NCBI GenBank assembly: GCA_963752475.1 | Contig: CAVVYR010000006.1 | Coordinates: 512,001-576,000 of the forward strand | DNA: 64,000 bases | Reading direction: 5' to 3' | DNA from: an uncultured Chloroflexia bacterium | GTDB taxonomy: Bacteria; Chloroflexota; Limnocylindria; Limnocylindrales; CSP1-4 | Shown: positions 28,935 to 38,490 of the stretch, one piece after another | Position numbering within the stretch: position 1 is the stretch's first letter | How the letters are laid out: each line of letters begins with the position of its first letter | Translations under genes and position numbers: made by a program | Notes under the pieces: model-generated | Told to the model about the DNA's origin: nothing | The model's input: the letters and a program-made list of their open reading frames with translations, nothing else | The model's database searches: none

Positions 28935-29456
28935 GTGTCCGCCGACTCGCTACGGGCCCAGATCCGCGAAGTCCCCGACTTCCCCAAGCCCGGGATCCTC
29001 TTCTACGACATCACCACCCTGCTCAATGACGCCGAGGCTTTCCGCGAGTCCATCGAGCTCATGAACGAGCCCTTCAAGGACGAGAAGATCGACATCGTCG
29101 TGGGCATGGAGTCACGTGGCTTCATCTTCAGCGCGCCGATGGCCTTGCACCTAGGCGCCGGCTTCGTGCCGGTCCGCAAGCTGGGCAAGCTGCCGGCGGA
29201 GACGATCAGCGTCGAGTACGAGCTCGAGTACGGCACCAATACCCTCGAAGTCCACCGCGATGCCATCCGCCCCAACCAGCGGGTGCTCATCGTCGACGAC
29301 CTGCTGGCCACCGGCGGCACGGTCCTGGGCACGATCGAGCTGGTCAAGCAGCTGAAGGGCGAGGTCGTCGGCCTGTCCTTCCTCGTCGAGCTCGGCTTCC
29401 TGAAGGGTCGCGAGCGCCTCGATGGCTACCCGATCAACAGCGTCATCGGGTACTGA
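28935..29456 (+). CDS. apt: Adenine phosphoribosyltransferase
   Basis: PDFPKPGI, ESRGF, RKLGKLP and VDDLLATGGT motifs. Confidence 0.95.
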   Translation: MSADSLRAQIREVPDFPKPGILFYDITTLLNDAEAFRESIELMNEPFKDEKIDIVVGMESRGFIFSAPMALHLGAGFVPVRKLGKLPAETISVEYELEYGTNTLEVHRDAIRPNQRVLIVDDLLATGGTVLGTIELVKQLKGEVVGLSFLVELGFLKGRERLDGYPINSVIGY

Positions 29457-30789
29457 CCCGCAGGATCCCCAGGAACCCGCGGAGGTTGCCGAGGCACCGC
29501 CGGAGGGGGAGGGTGACCCCGACGAAGCCGTTCACGACCCTGACCGTCGGGCGTTCTTCTTCCAGTTCGGCAAGCAGGCTGCGTCCGCGGTCGGGCAGGT
29601 GGCCGGCATGGCGGATGTCGTGGGCCGGACCTCCAGTGCCCTGGCCGGTGAGTTGCTCGGCCTCGACGAGCCCGATGCGGAGGGTGAGAAGCCGCAGTTC
29701 GCACGCTCTGGTGCGGCCGCCGATCCTGTCACGAGCGCAGCCGAGCCCGCAGCCGAGAACAGCTACCGCAGTGCCTACCGCCTGGCCGACGAGGGACTGG
29801 TCATCCTCGATCAGCGGCGGATCCCCGAAGCGCTCGAGGAGGTCGCGGCCAAGCGCGGCAGCGACGTGGCCTACTACCTGCGGCTGGGCGTGGCCCGCGG
29901 CGGTCCCCTCATGGCGCAGCTCGCGGCCTACGGACTCTGGCTCACCGCTGCCGAACGCGCGGACAAGCCTGCCGAGCAGCGTCGCGTAGAGCTGCGTCGC
30001 ACCGAGCAGACGCTCATCGACGCACGACCCTCGTCGCGTCCGCTAGCCGGTGCGGTCGAGCGCATGCGCACGTTCACGGCGCGCTTCGGTGACTCGGCGA
30101 GCGGCATCGAGGTAGCCGAGGCCATGCGCGTCGAGGCCGACGCCATCGCGGCCGAGGCGACCGCGGCCGAGGCCAGGCTGGCGAGCCGGCTCGAGGCGGC
30201 GCTGCCACGACCCGACGGTCGTCCGCTGACGCTGCTGCTCCATGGCGGCCAGGGGTCGCTCGTGGCGGGGCAGCTGGGTGCCACGCTCACCGCCCTCAAC
30301 CGTATGCGCGACGCCGGCCGTGAGCTGCGGGTCTTCCTCGCCGAAGGACGGCCCTTCATGGACGGGGCGCGGCTCGCGAGTTGGGAGCTGCGCCAGTCGG
30401 GGCTCGAGCACAAGATCGTGGCCGATGCCGCCGCTGCCTGGCTCCTGGACCGGATGCCGTTCGACGCGGTGGTCGTGCGTGGCGAGTGGCAAGCGGCCGA
30501 TGGCGACACCTCGGCGCTGGTGGGTGCCCGCGCACTCGCTCAGCTCGCCGCGGCCGCCCGCGGCGCTGACGCCAGCCCGCGCTTCGTGACCGTCACACCG
30601 TCGACGGCCATCGACGCCGACACCGCGGATGGGAACGCCATCCCCTCCGAACTCCGACCGTCGCGTGAGCTCTCCGCCTACCTCTCTGACACGCCCATCC
30701 GCACCTCCGACGCGCTCGTTCCCGCGGCGGACGTCATCCCCTCCGGGCTCATCGATGTGTGCGTCACGGATGCGGAGCCGATGGCCTGA
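29422..30789 (+). CDS. MtnA/eIF-2B-family protein with a degenerate active site (probable pseudo-enzyme)
   Basis: ILDQRRIP, RGGP, RP, EGRP..GARLASWEL and GDT are recognisable; catalytic motifs are altered. Start uncertain. Confidence 0.75.
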   Translation: MATRSTASSGTDPQDPQEPAEVAEAPPEGEGDPDEAVHDPDRRAFFFQFGKQAASAVGQVAGMADVVGRTSSALAGELLGLDEPDAEGEKPQFARSGAAADPVTSAAEPAAENSYRSAYRLADEGLVILDQRRIPEALEEVAAKRGSDVAYYLRLGVARGGPLMAQLAAYGLWLTAAERADKPAEQRRVELRRTEQTLIDARPSSRPLAGAVERMRTFTARFGDSASGIEVAEAMRVEADAIAAEATAAEARLASRLEAALPRPDGRPLTLLLHGGQGSLVAGQLGATLTALNRMRDAGRELRVFLAEGRPFMDGARLASWELRQSGLEHKIVADAAAAWLLDRMPFDAVVVRGEWQAADGDTSALVGARALAQLAAAARGADASPRFVTVTPSTAIDADTADGNAIPSELRPSRELSAYLSDTPIRTSDALVPAADVIPSGLIDVCVTDAEPMA

Positions 30790-31661
30790 TGGCGAGTGTG
30801 ACGCGCGACAGCGTGGCCGGGGAGCGTCAGCTCTCGGTGCGCAGCACCCGGGACCGGCGGTTGCTCCATCGCTTCCTGGGCCAGGACCGCGTCTTCGCGG
30901 CCTATGCCATCGCAGACACCGACGACAGCGAGTTCGGCCGCACGCGCTTCGGTGTCGCCTTCGAGGACGACGAGCCCGTGGCCGTGGTCATGGAGTACCG
31001 CGGGATCTCGCCGCAGCCCATCTTCGCCATGGGGGACCCGGCCGGCGTGAGCGCGATCCTCCGCGACATCGTGCGGCCTCGCCTCGCCTACCTCGGGGCC
31101 AAGGCGGACGTCTTCGGTGGCGTGCGCGACCACTATCGAGCGGACGCACCGGCGCCCATGGTCCGCATGGTGGTGGAGGCGGGCACCTTCCGACCCGTGG
31201 TCGGCGATGCCGTGCGCCTGGACCAGGGCGATGCCGGCCACCTCAACCGCCTGTACCAGCTGGGGTTCAACGCCTACCTGCCCGAACAGGCCGTCGCGGC
31301 CGGGGTCTACTACGGGATCCGTCGTGGCACCCGCCTCATCGCCGCTGCCGGCACGCACGTCATCAGCCCCCAGTGGGGCGTGGCCGCGGTGGGCAACGTC
31401 TACACCCATCGCGAGTACCGCGGGCAAGGCCTGGGCAAGGTCGTGACCAGCGCGGTCACGGCCGACCTGTTGCGTGAGTGCGACACGGTGGTGCTCAACG
31501 TGCGTGCCGACAACCCGCCGGCGCTGGCGCTCTACCGGTCGCTCGGCTACCGCGAACACACCGAGTTCGAGGAGCGCCTGGTCCACCGCGAAACGTCGCT
31601 GTGGGATAGCATCGTCGGGCCCGTCCGGGCCTTCGTTTCCGATCTCAGGAGGAATGGATGA
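30789..31661 (+). CDS. GNAT acetyltransferase (FR47-like C-terminal domain)
   Basis: VYTHREYRGQGLG and NPPALALYRSLGY motifs; TGATG coupling to the upstream gene. Confidence 0.88.
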   Translation: MASVTRDSVAGERQLSVRSTRDRRLLHRFLGQDRVFAAYAIADTDDSEFGRTRFGVAFEDDEPVAVVMEYRGISPQPIFAMGDPAGVSAILRDIVRPRLAYLGAKADVFGGVRDHYRADAPAPMVRMVVEAGTFRPVVGDAVRLDQGDAGHLNRLYQLGFNAYLPEQAVAAGVYYGIRRGTRLIAAAGTHVISPQWGVAAVGNVYTHREYRGQGLGKVVTSAVTADLLRECDTVVLNVRADNPPALALYRSLGYREHTEFEERLVHRETSLWDSIVGPVRAFVSDLRRNG

Positions 31662-32992
31662 CCGATACCCCCGCGCCCCAGAACCCGATGCAGACCACCT
31701 CCGGTGACGCCGATAACGGCCAGACCGCGTCCTATCCCGCCCACGATGTCGCTGACTTCGGTCTCGTGGAAGAAGGTGTTCGTCGTATCGAGTGGGCGGA
31801 ACGGGAGATGCCGGTCCTGCGCCTGATCCGCGAGCGCTTCGAGGACGAGAAGCCGCTCGACGGCCTGCGCATCGCTGCCTGCCTGCACGTCACCACCGAG
31901 ACCGCCAACCTCATGCGTACGCTCAAGGCCGGTGGTGCCGACGTCACGCTGGTGGCCTCCAACCCGTTGTCGACCAAGGACGACGTCGCAGCCGCGTTGG
32001 TCGCCGAGTACGACATCAGCTGCTACGCGGTCCGTGGTGAGGACAACGAGACCTACTACGAGCACCTCAACGCGGCCGCGGACACGCACCCGCACATCAC
32101 CATGGATGACGGCTGCGATCTCGTCGCACTGTTGCACAAGGAGCGCCCCGACCAGCTGTCGGAGATCATCGCCGGCACCGAGGAGACGACCACCGGCGTC
32201 ATCCGCCTCAAGGCCATGGCCAACGACGATGCGCTCGAGTTCCCGGTCCTGGCCGTCAACGAGGCCCAGACCAAGCACCTCTTCGACAACCGCTACGGCA
32301 CCGGCCAGTCCACCATCGACGGCATCCTGCGCGCGACGAACTACCTGCTCGCGGGGCGCCGCTGCGTCGTGGCCGGCTACGGCTGGGTGGGTCGTGGCAT
32401 CGCCAACCGCCTCAGCGGCATGGGTGCCCGTGTCACGATCGTGGAGGTCGACCCGGTCCCGGCCGTGGAGGCCCTGATGGACGGCCACCAGGTCATGACC
32501 GCCGGCGACGCCGCGGCGTGGGGCGAGATCTTCGTCACCGCTACCGGCAACCTCAACGTCTTCCGTGAAGAGCACTTTCGCGTCATGCAGGACGGGGCCG
32601 TGCTCAGCAACTCCGGTCACTTCGACGCGGAGCTCGAGCTGGCGGCCCTCGAGCGGCTGGCCGAAGGTCACGTCCGCGAGGCCCGCGAGAACGTCAGGGA
32701 GTACGACCTCGGCGAGAAGAAGCTGTACCTGCTGGCCGAAGGCCGCCTGGTCAACCTCGGCGCAGCCGAGGGCCATCCAGCGGCGGTCATGGACATGAGC
32801 TTCGCCGGCCAGGCGTTGGCGGCCGAGTACGTCGCTGCCAACCACGCCTCGCTGGGCAACGAGGTCCACGTCCTGCCCCAAGAGCTCGACAAGCGGATCG
32901 CACGGCTCAAGCTGGAGTCGCGCGGGGTCTTCATCGAGGACATGACGCCGGAGCAGACGGAGTACTACAACTCCTGGAAGCAGGGCACCTGA
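31658..32992 (+). CDS. ahcY: S-adenosylhomocysteine hydrolase
   Basis: CLHVT, DDGCD, EETTTG, KHLFDNRYG, GYGWVGRG and GRLVNL..GHP motifs. Confidence 0.97.
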   Translation: MTDTPAPQNPMQTTSGDADNGQTASYPAHDVADFGLVEEGVRRIEWAEREMPVLRLIRERFEDEKPLDGLRIAACLHVTTETANLMRTLKAGGADVTLVASNPLSTKDDVAAALVAEYDISCYAVRGEDNETYYEHLNAAADTHPHITMDDGCDLVALLHKERPDQLSEIIAGTEETTTGVIRLKAMANDDALEFPVLAVNEAQTKHLFDNRYGTGQSTIDGILRATNYLLAGRRCVVAGYGWVGRGIANRLSGMGARVTIVEVDPVPAVEALMDGHQVMTAGDAAAWGEIFVTATGNLNVFREEHFRVMQDGAVLSNSGHFDAELELAALERLAEGHVREARENVREYDLGEKKLYLLAEGRLVNLGAAEGHPAAVMDMSFAGQALAAEYVAANHASLGNEVHVLPQELDKRIARLKLESRGVFIEDMTPEQTEYYNSWKQGT

Positions 32993-33015
32993 AGACCCGA
33001 TAGCATCGCTACACG

Positions 33016-33047
33016 GAAGGCCGGCACCTGAGGAGGAGCCGGCCTTC
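33016..33047. terminator. GC-rich hairpin between convergent genes (probable terminator)
   Basis: gaaggccggc / gccggccttc perfect 10-bp stem; only a weak U-tract. Confidence 0.55.
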
Positions 33048-33055
33048 TTCCTGGT

Positions 33056-33784
33056 CTAGAAGGGCCGCAGCAGTCGGGTCATCGACCCACCGCCGGCGAC
33101 GCGCTTGGTCTTCTCGAGCAGTTCGGCGCCACCGGCCCACTCGGCTTGGTGCTCGCGCTTGAGGCGCTTCTCCTCGGCCACCATCGTGGTCCACAGCTTG
33201 GGGTAGTGGTCGCGCAGGTACTCGCTCGAGCGGTAGCGCGCCATGAGCTCGCTGACGAAGGCCGCGTAGCGTGTGACCGGGTCGGTGTCCGCGGCCAGCT
33301 TCTCGAACTCGTGCTGGTAGCCGGCGGCGGCCCGGAAGCGACCGAAGAAGCCGCCGACGCTGTGGGCACCGGTGTCCCATCCCTGGGAGTGTCCTCCACG
33401 TCGCAGCAGGGGAGCGGGTGACTCGAAGACGCAGATGACCTCGCCGCCGACGCGGTCTGCTCGGAGCTTGCCGCCGAAGGAGAGGTAGCGGTTGGCCACG
33501 CCCTTGCGGTCGCTGACGGTGATGCGTCCCCAGGAGAACGTCGTCTCGCGTGGCAGCCGGCTGGCATAGGTCAACGTCTCGCGCACGCCGAACCCGCGAG
33601 CTCCGGTGACCCAGTACTCGACGAGCTCAGGGTCGTAGTGCTTGAACGTGGGCTTGGCCCGGATGGCGACGAGCAGGAACGCCGGACCCGGACGGTCGGG
33701 CAGGTCGGGATCGGCAAGGAACCCCCAGTCGGCCAGCAGCTCCGACGCGAGCCGCGGATCTATGGAGGACGGGAGATCGGCCAT
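33056..33784 (-). CDS. Hypothetical protein
   Basis: 242-aa ORF filling the gap between ahcY and metK, with protein-like composition; no motif recognised. Confidence 0.7.
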   Translation of the reverse strand: MADLPSSIDPRLASELLADWGFLADPDLPDRPGPAFLLVAIRAKPTFKHYDPELVEYWVTGARGFGVRETLTYASRLPRETTFSWGRITVSDRKGVANRYLSFGGKLRADRVGGEVICVFESPAPLLRRGGHSQGWDTGAHSVGGFFGRFRAAAGYQHEFEKLAADTDPVTRYAAFVSELMARYRSSEYLRDHYPKLWTTMVAEEKRLKREHQAEWAGGAELLEKTKRVAGGGSMTRLLRPF

Positions 33785-33944
33785 CGACGCTCAGGATGCG
33801 CCCCCAAGTCGGGCAGGGGCACGGCCATCAGGCCCCTAATGGGCGGTCCTCGGGCCCGAGCCGGAGGTCACGGGACCACGGAACGATGGGCGCCGAGGTG
33901 CGTGCTACGCTTCCGCCGACCCCACGACAGGAGAGCGCCACTTC

Positions 33945-35126
33945 ATGACGAGCAACGCCGGTTCCGGCACCTACCTCTTCACCTCGGAGTCGGTCACCGA
34001 AGGCCATCCCGACAAGATGTGCGACCAGATCTCGGACGCCATCCTCGATGCCATCATCGAGGACACGCGGGAGCACAAGTTCCCGCATCCGCGCGTGGCC
34101 GTGGAGACCGCCACCACGACGGGCCTGGTGCTGGTCCTGGGCGAGGTCTCGACCGACGGCTATGTCGAGTTCCAGTCCATCGTGCGCGACACCGTTCGCG
34201 ACATCGGCTACACACGCTCGGAGCTGGGCTTCGACCACGAGACCTGCGGCACGATGGTCTCGGTCAAGGAGCAGTCTGGCGACATCGCCATGGGCGTGGA
34301 CGGGGCCGAGCTCGGGGCCGGCGACCAGGGCATGATGTTCGGCTTCGCCTGCCGCGAGACGCCGGAGCTGATGCCGTTGCCCATCGCGCTGGCCCACCGC
34401 ATGTCGCGCCGCCTGTCCGAGGTGCGCAAGAGCAACCAGCTGCACTACCTGCGACCCGACGGCAAGACGCAGGTCACCGTCGAGTACGAGGATGGGAAGC
34501 CCGCACGCGTGGGCACGGTCGTGGTCTCCACCCAGCACGACCCCGATATCCGCACCGAACGCCTGCGCGACGACGTCATCGAGGCGGTCATCCTGCCCAG
34601 CATCGAGCCAGAGCTGCGCTCGACCGATCCGCTGATGCACGTCAACCCCACCGGTCGCTTCGTCATCGGCGGACCCATGGGTGACGCCGGGCTCACCGGT
34701 CGCAAGATCATCGTCGATACCTACGGCGGCTACGCCCGTCACGGCGGCGGTGCCTTCAGCGGCAAGGATCCGACGAAGGTCGACCGCTCGGCCGCGTACG
34801 CCGCACGCTGGGTGGCCAAGAACGTGGTCGCCGCCGGCCTCGCCGATCGTTTCGAGGTCGAGCTGGCCTACGGCATCGGCATCCCCGAGCCGGTCAGCAT
34901 CTCGGTCGAATCGTTTGGCACCGGCGTCATCGACGACGCCGAGATCCAGACGCTCATCGAGCGTCACTTCGACCTGCGTCCGGGCGGCATCATCAACGCC
35001 CTCGACCTGTGGCGGCCGATCTACCAGCAGACCGCGGCCTATGGCCACTTCGGTCGCGAGGATCTGGACCTGCCCTGGGAGCGCACGGACAAGGCCCAGC
35101 TGCTCAAGGACGACGCCGACATCTAG
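33945..35126 (+). CDS. metK: S-adenosylmethionine synthetase
   Basis: [19 protein letters not shown] and GGGAFSGKD motifs. Confidence 0.97.
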   Translation: MTSNAGSGTYLFTSESVTEGHPDKMCDQISDAILDAIIEDTREHKFPHPRVAVETATTTGLVLVLGEVSTDGYVEFQSIVRDTVRDIGYTRSELGFDHETCGTMVSVKEQSGDIAMGVDGAELGAGDQGMMFGFACRETPELMPLPIALAHRMSRRLSEVRKSNQLHYLRPDGKTQVTVEYEDGKPARVGTVVVSTQHDPDIRTERLRDDVIEAVILPSIEPELRSTDPLMHVNPTGRFVIGGPMGDAGLTGRKIIVDTYGGYARHGGGAFSGKDPTKVDRSAAYAARWVAKNVVAAGLADRFEVELAYGIGIPEPVSISVESFGTGVIDDAEIQTLIERHFDLRPGGIINALDLWRPIYQQTAAYGHFGREDLDLPWERTDKAQLLKDDADI

Positions 35127-35157
35127 CCACGCGACTCGGCGCTCCGGCCCCGGCCTC

Positions 35158-36249
35158 TCAGGGGACCTCGGCCACGGCCTCCCGCGCGATGTCGAGGTAG
35201 CGGTCGACGGTCTTGCGCATGCTCAGCTCGCGAGCCAATCGCCGCACGCCCGGGTCGGGGTCCTGGAGGGGCTTGGCCAGGAGCTCGCTGATGGCGGAGC
35301 CGAGCGGCCACGCCTCGCCAGCGGGACCGAAGAAGTTGAGCGCACCCGGCACTCGTCGGGCGTACTCGCGAGTACCGGGCAGGTCCGACACGAGCATCGG
35401 CTTGCCAGATGAGATCCACGAGGACATCGAGCCCGAGGCCGAGAGGTCGGTGAAGGGCAGGATGGCCAGGTGTGTGGCCGCCATCCAGATGCCCATCTCC
35501 TCCTCGCTGAGGTAGCCGGTGATGCGGAAGCGGTCGCCCAGACCCAGCTCCTCCGCCTTGCTGCGGGCCAGATCGTAGACGAAGGTGCGTCCCTCGATGG
35601 GGCCACCGGCGTAGACCATGATCGCGTCATCGGGCATGTAGGGCACCGCCTCGACGGCGTAGCGATGGCCCTTGCGGCCGTAGACGAATCCGAGCAGCGT
35701 GACCAGCCGGCGGTCGCCGATGCCGAGTCGGGCCCGTGCTTCCTGCGGTGACACGGGCAGCTCGCGCGACTCCACGAAGTGCGGGATGACCCGCAGCTTC
35801 TCTACCGGCACGATGCCGCGCAGGCGCTCGACCTCGATCTGCGAGTGGACCACGACGCGGTCCGCCGTTCGCCCCAGCTGTCGCAGACCCCAGACGTCAG
35901 GATGTGCATAGCGCGCACGGAAGCCGGTGCGGTCGAAGACGTCGTGCATCGTGACCACCAGCGCGCCCTTGTACGCCCGTCGGAAGCGCATCAGCCGCGG
36001 CAGGGCCCGGCCGTGCTTGCCCCAGCCGCGTTTGTTCCACTGCATGAGCACGACGTCGCAGTCGGCGAGCTGCGCGGCCACCTCCGCGAGTTGCTCCGAC
36101 GACTGGTCCACGCGCCCGGCCTCGACCTCGGTGATCTCGAGGCCCTCGCGGGTGCGGGCCTCGTCGGCGATGAGCTGCCCGTAGCGACGGACGCCGCTCT
36201 CGGGACGCCCGAGGTGGAGGAACCCCAGGTCGCGCAGCTCAGCGGTCAT
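35158..36249 (-). CDS. GT-B / family 4 glycosyltransferase (paralog 1)
   Basis: TMHD, VVVHS, IPHF, GFVYGRKG and SASGS...GKP motifs. Confidence 0.85.
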   Translation of the reverse strand: MTAELRDLGFLHLGRPESGVRRYGQLIADEARTREGLEITEVEAGRVDQSSEQLAEVAAQLADCDVVLMQWNKRGWGKHGRALPRLMRFRRAYKGALVVTMHDVFDRTGFRARYAHPDVWGLRQLGRTADRVVVHSQIEVERLRGIVPVEKLRVIPHFVESRELPVSPQEARARLGIGDRRLVTLLGFVYGRKGHRYAVEAVPYMPDDAIMVYAGGPIEGRTFVYDLARSKAEELGLGDRFRITGYLSEEEMGIWMAATHLAILPFTDLSASGSMSSWISSGKPMLVSDLPGTREYARRVPGALNFFGPAGEAWPLGSAISELLAKPLQDPDPGVRRLARELSMRKTVDRYLDIAREAVAEVP

Positions 36250-36269
36250 CGTTCGGGGTCGGTACGCGG

Positions 36270-37319
36270 TCAGTCGTCGTCGTAGCCGAGCTGCCGCAAC
36301 AGGTCGCCTGCTTCGGCGTCGATCTCGGCCATCTCGGACGGGTAGAAGGTGGAGCGCCAGGTACCTACCGACGAGTCATCGGCCCGCATCGTGGCCGAGA
36401 CGAAGGCGTCCCGTGACTTCTGGCGCTCGACGCCCAGGAAGTCGAGGATCCTCTCGGCCTCGTCGACCGGTTGCCGCACGAGATCCTCGTAGCGCAGTTC
36501 GTGGTAGCGCTCGCTGCCCAGCTCCTGGCCATCCCGCAGACCGGCTTCGGTGTAACGGCGCCAGGCCCAGGCCATGCGACGGGCGTCGCTCGCCTGCAGG
36601 AACTGGTCACGCCGGTCTTCCTCGACCCAGAAGCTGGGCCAGGGGCCGTGGAGGTAGCCGCCCGGCTCGCGCTCCCCGGACCAGGCATCTTCTGCGCGCA
36701 GCCAGGGCTTGTGCATGTGCGAGCTGGACGCGTCTCGGCCATCGCGGATGATGTGGAGGAACTGGCTGTCGGGGAAAGCCTTGGCCAGGAAGGGGATGAG
36801 GAAGATGTTGGTGGGCGTCTTCTCGGCAAAGCGCAGGTCGCCGTCTCGCTCCACGCGGACCAGCCAGCGATAGACCAGCCGGAAGAACTCGCGCGAGCGG
36901 CGGTAGCCCCACAGGCCCTGATAGACGTAGCGACCAGCGGCCTTGGTCGCCGGCGGCTCGTGGTGGTACGTCACCTCCGGCAGGCGGCCGATGCAATCGC
37001 CCAGGAAGGTCGTGCCGGAGCGTGCGGCGCCGATGATGAAGACGGAACGCTTGAGCGAGGGAAAGATCGAGCTAGAGAGCCGCTTCGAAGTCATCGGGCG
37101 GTGCCGGTCGAGCTTGAGGTAGTAGCGACGCTCGGCCCGGTAGGTCTTGCGCGCGATGCGCCACATGTCGGTGATGCCGATGGGCAGCGGCTCCGGGTTG
37201 GCATCCGGTGGGACGCTTGGGTTCAATCCGCGCGGAGGTCGGTCGTCGACCGGCGGGGTCGTCTGCGCCTCCTCGGCGGGCTTCGCGGTCGTCGGTTCCT
37301 CTGTCACGCTGTCGGTCAC
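36270..37319 (-). CDS. PAPS-dependent sulfotransferase (paralog 1)
   Basis: 5'-PSB loop GAARSGTT, EKTP, 3'-PB motif IRDGRD..S and LRYEDLV. Start at GTG 37319 is inferred. Confidence 0.88.
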   Translation of the reverse strand: MTDSVTEEPTTAKPAEEAQTTPPVDDRPPRGLNPSVPPDANPEPLPIGITDMWRIARKTYRAERRYYLKLDRHRPMTSKRLSSSIFPSLKRSVFIIGAARSGTTFLGDCIGRLPEVTYHHEPPATKAAGRYVYQGLWGYRRSREFFRLVYRWLVRVERDGDLRFAEKTPTNIFLIPFLAKAFPDSQFLHIIRDGRDASSSHMHKPWLRAEDAWSGEREPGGYLHGPWPSFWVEEDRRDQFLQASDARRMAWAWRRYTEAGLRDGQELGSERYHELRYEDLVRQPVDEAERILDFLGVERQKSRDAFVSATMRADDSSVGTWRSTFYPSEMAEIDAEAGDLLRQLGYDDD

Positions 37320-37392
37320 GCTCGTCGTCTTCCTGCCTCTCGTCCCGGGGGGTCTCGGCGGATGATAGCCCGCCTCATGCACAATCGTCGGT

Positions 37393-38490
37393 ATGTACGC
37401 CGTCATCATGGCCGGCGGGGGCGGAACGCGGCTCTGGCCGCTGAGCCGCTCTCGCCGCCCCAAGCCATTCCTGCCCCTCCTCGAAGGCAATCGCACCCTG
37501 CTCGAAGCAGCCGTCAGCCGGCTAGCGCCGCTGATCGCGCCCGAGGATGTCTTCGTCGTCACCGATACCCGCTACGCGTCGCTGGTGCAGGAGGTGGCAC
37601 CGCAGGTGCCCGCCGCCAACATCATCGGCGAGCCCTTCGGGCGTAACACCGCTGCAGCGGTCGCGCTCATGGCTCACGCCATCGACCGTCCGGCCGACGA
37701 GGTCATGGTGGTCCTGCCGGCCGATCCCGCCATCGGGGACGAAGAGGGCTTCCGTGATGGACTCGCCGCCGCCGCCGAGCGCGCGGCCGACGGCGACCTC
37801 GTGACCCTCGGCGTCGAGCCGACGGAGCCCTCGACGGGCTATGGCTATGTCCGCTCCACCGGCGAGGCCAGCGAGCACGCCGGCCGACCGACGTTCCGCG
37901 TCGAGCGGTTCGAGGAGAAGCCCACGCCCGAGCGGGCCCGCGAGCTCATCGCTTCCCGCTCGGCCTACTGGAACGCAGGCATCTTCGTCTGGCAGCGCTC
38001 GGCCGCGATCGCGGGATTGGGGGCCTACTCGGCCGATATCAGCGACCCCATCCGCGACTGGTGCGCAGACAACCACTCCAGCGGCGAGGCCGGCTGGCCC
38101 GGCGCGGCCATGGCCGAGACCTACCAGGACCTGCGCGACACGTCGATCGACTACGCCCTGCTGGAGCCGGCTTCGTTGGAAGCGAAGGTGGCGGTGGTGC
38201 CCATCTCGGTCGGCTGGAGCGATCTCGGCTCGTGGTCCGCGTTGCGTGATCATCGAGCGACCGACGGCGCCGCCGTCATCTCCACCGAGGGTGATGCTCG
38301 CGTCATCGACGTCGACGGCCAGGACGTGCTGGTGCACGCGGCCGGCGGGCGCATGGTGGCCACGGTCGGCCTCGCGGGCGTGATCGTCGTCGACACGCCG
38401 GAGGCGTTGCTGGTCATCTCGGCCGACGCGGCGCAGGACGTGAAGAAGGTCGTCAACCAGCTGAAGGACGAGAAGAGCGACCTGCTCTAA
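37393..38490 (+). CDS. manC: Mannose-1-phosphate guanylyltransferase
   Basis: MAGGGGTRLWPLSR, RNTA, FEEKP, WNAGIF, SIDYA and WSDLGSW motifs. Confidence 0.92.
   Translation: MYAVIMAGGGGTRLWPLSRSRRPKPFLPLLEGNRTLLEAAVSRLAPLIAPEDVFVVTDTRYASLVQEVAPQVPAANIIGEPFGRNTAAAVALMAHAIDRPADEVMVVLPADPAIGDEEGFRDGLAAAAERAADGDLVTLGVEPTEPSTGYGYVRSTGEASEHAGRPTFRVERFEEKPTPERARELIASRSAYWNAGIFVWQRSAAIAGLGAYSADISDPIRDWCADNHSSGEAGWPGAAMAETYQDLRDTSIDYALLEPASLEAKVAVVPISVGWSDLGSWSALRDHRATDGAAVISTEGDARVIDVDGQDVLVHAAGGRMVATVGLAGVIVVDTPEALLVISADAAQDVKKVVNQLKDEKSDLL

Noticed and set aside
29540-29580. Twin-arginine-like RRAFF in the MtnA-like N-terminus
   Set aside because: No convincing hydrophobic h-region or cleavage site follows, so Tat export is unsupported.
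33785-33944. SAM or SAH riboswitch upstream of metK
   Set aside because: I could not find SAM-I, SAM-IV or SAH consensus motifs. A likely -10 (TACGCT near 33906) leaves too short a leader.
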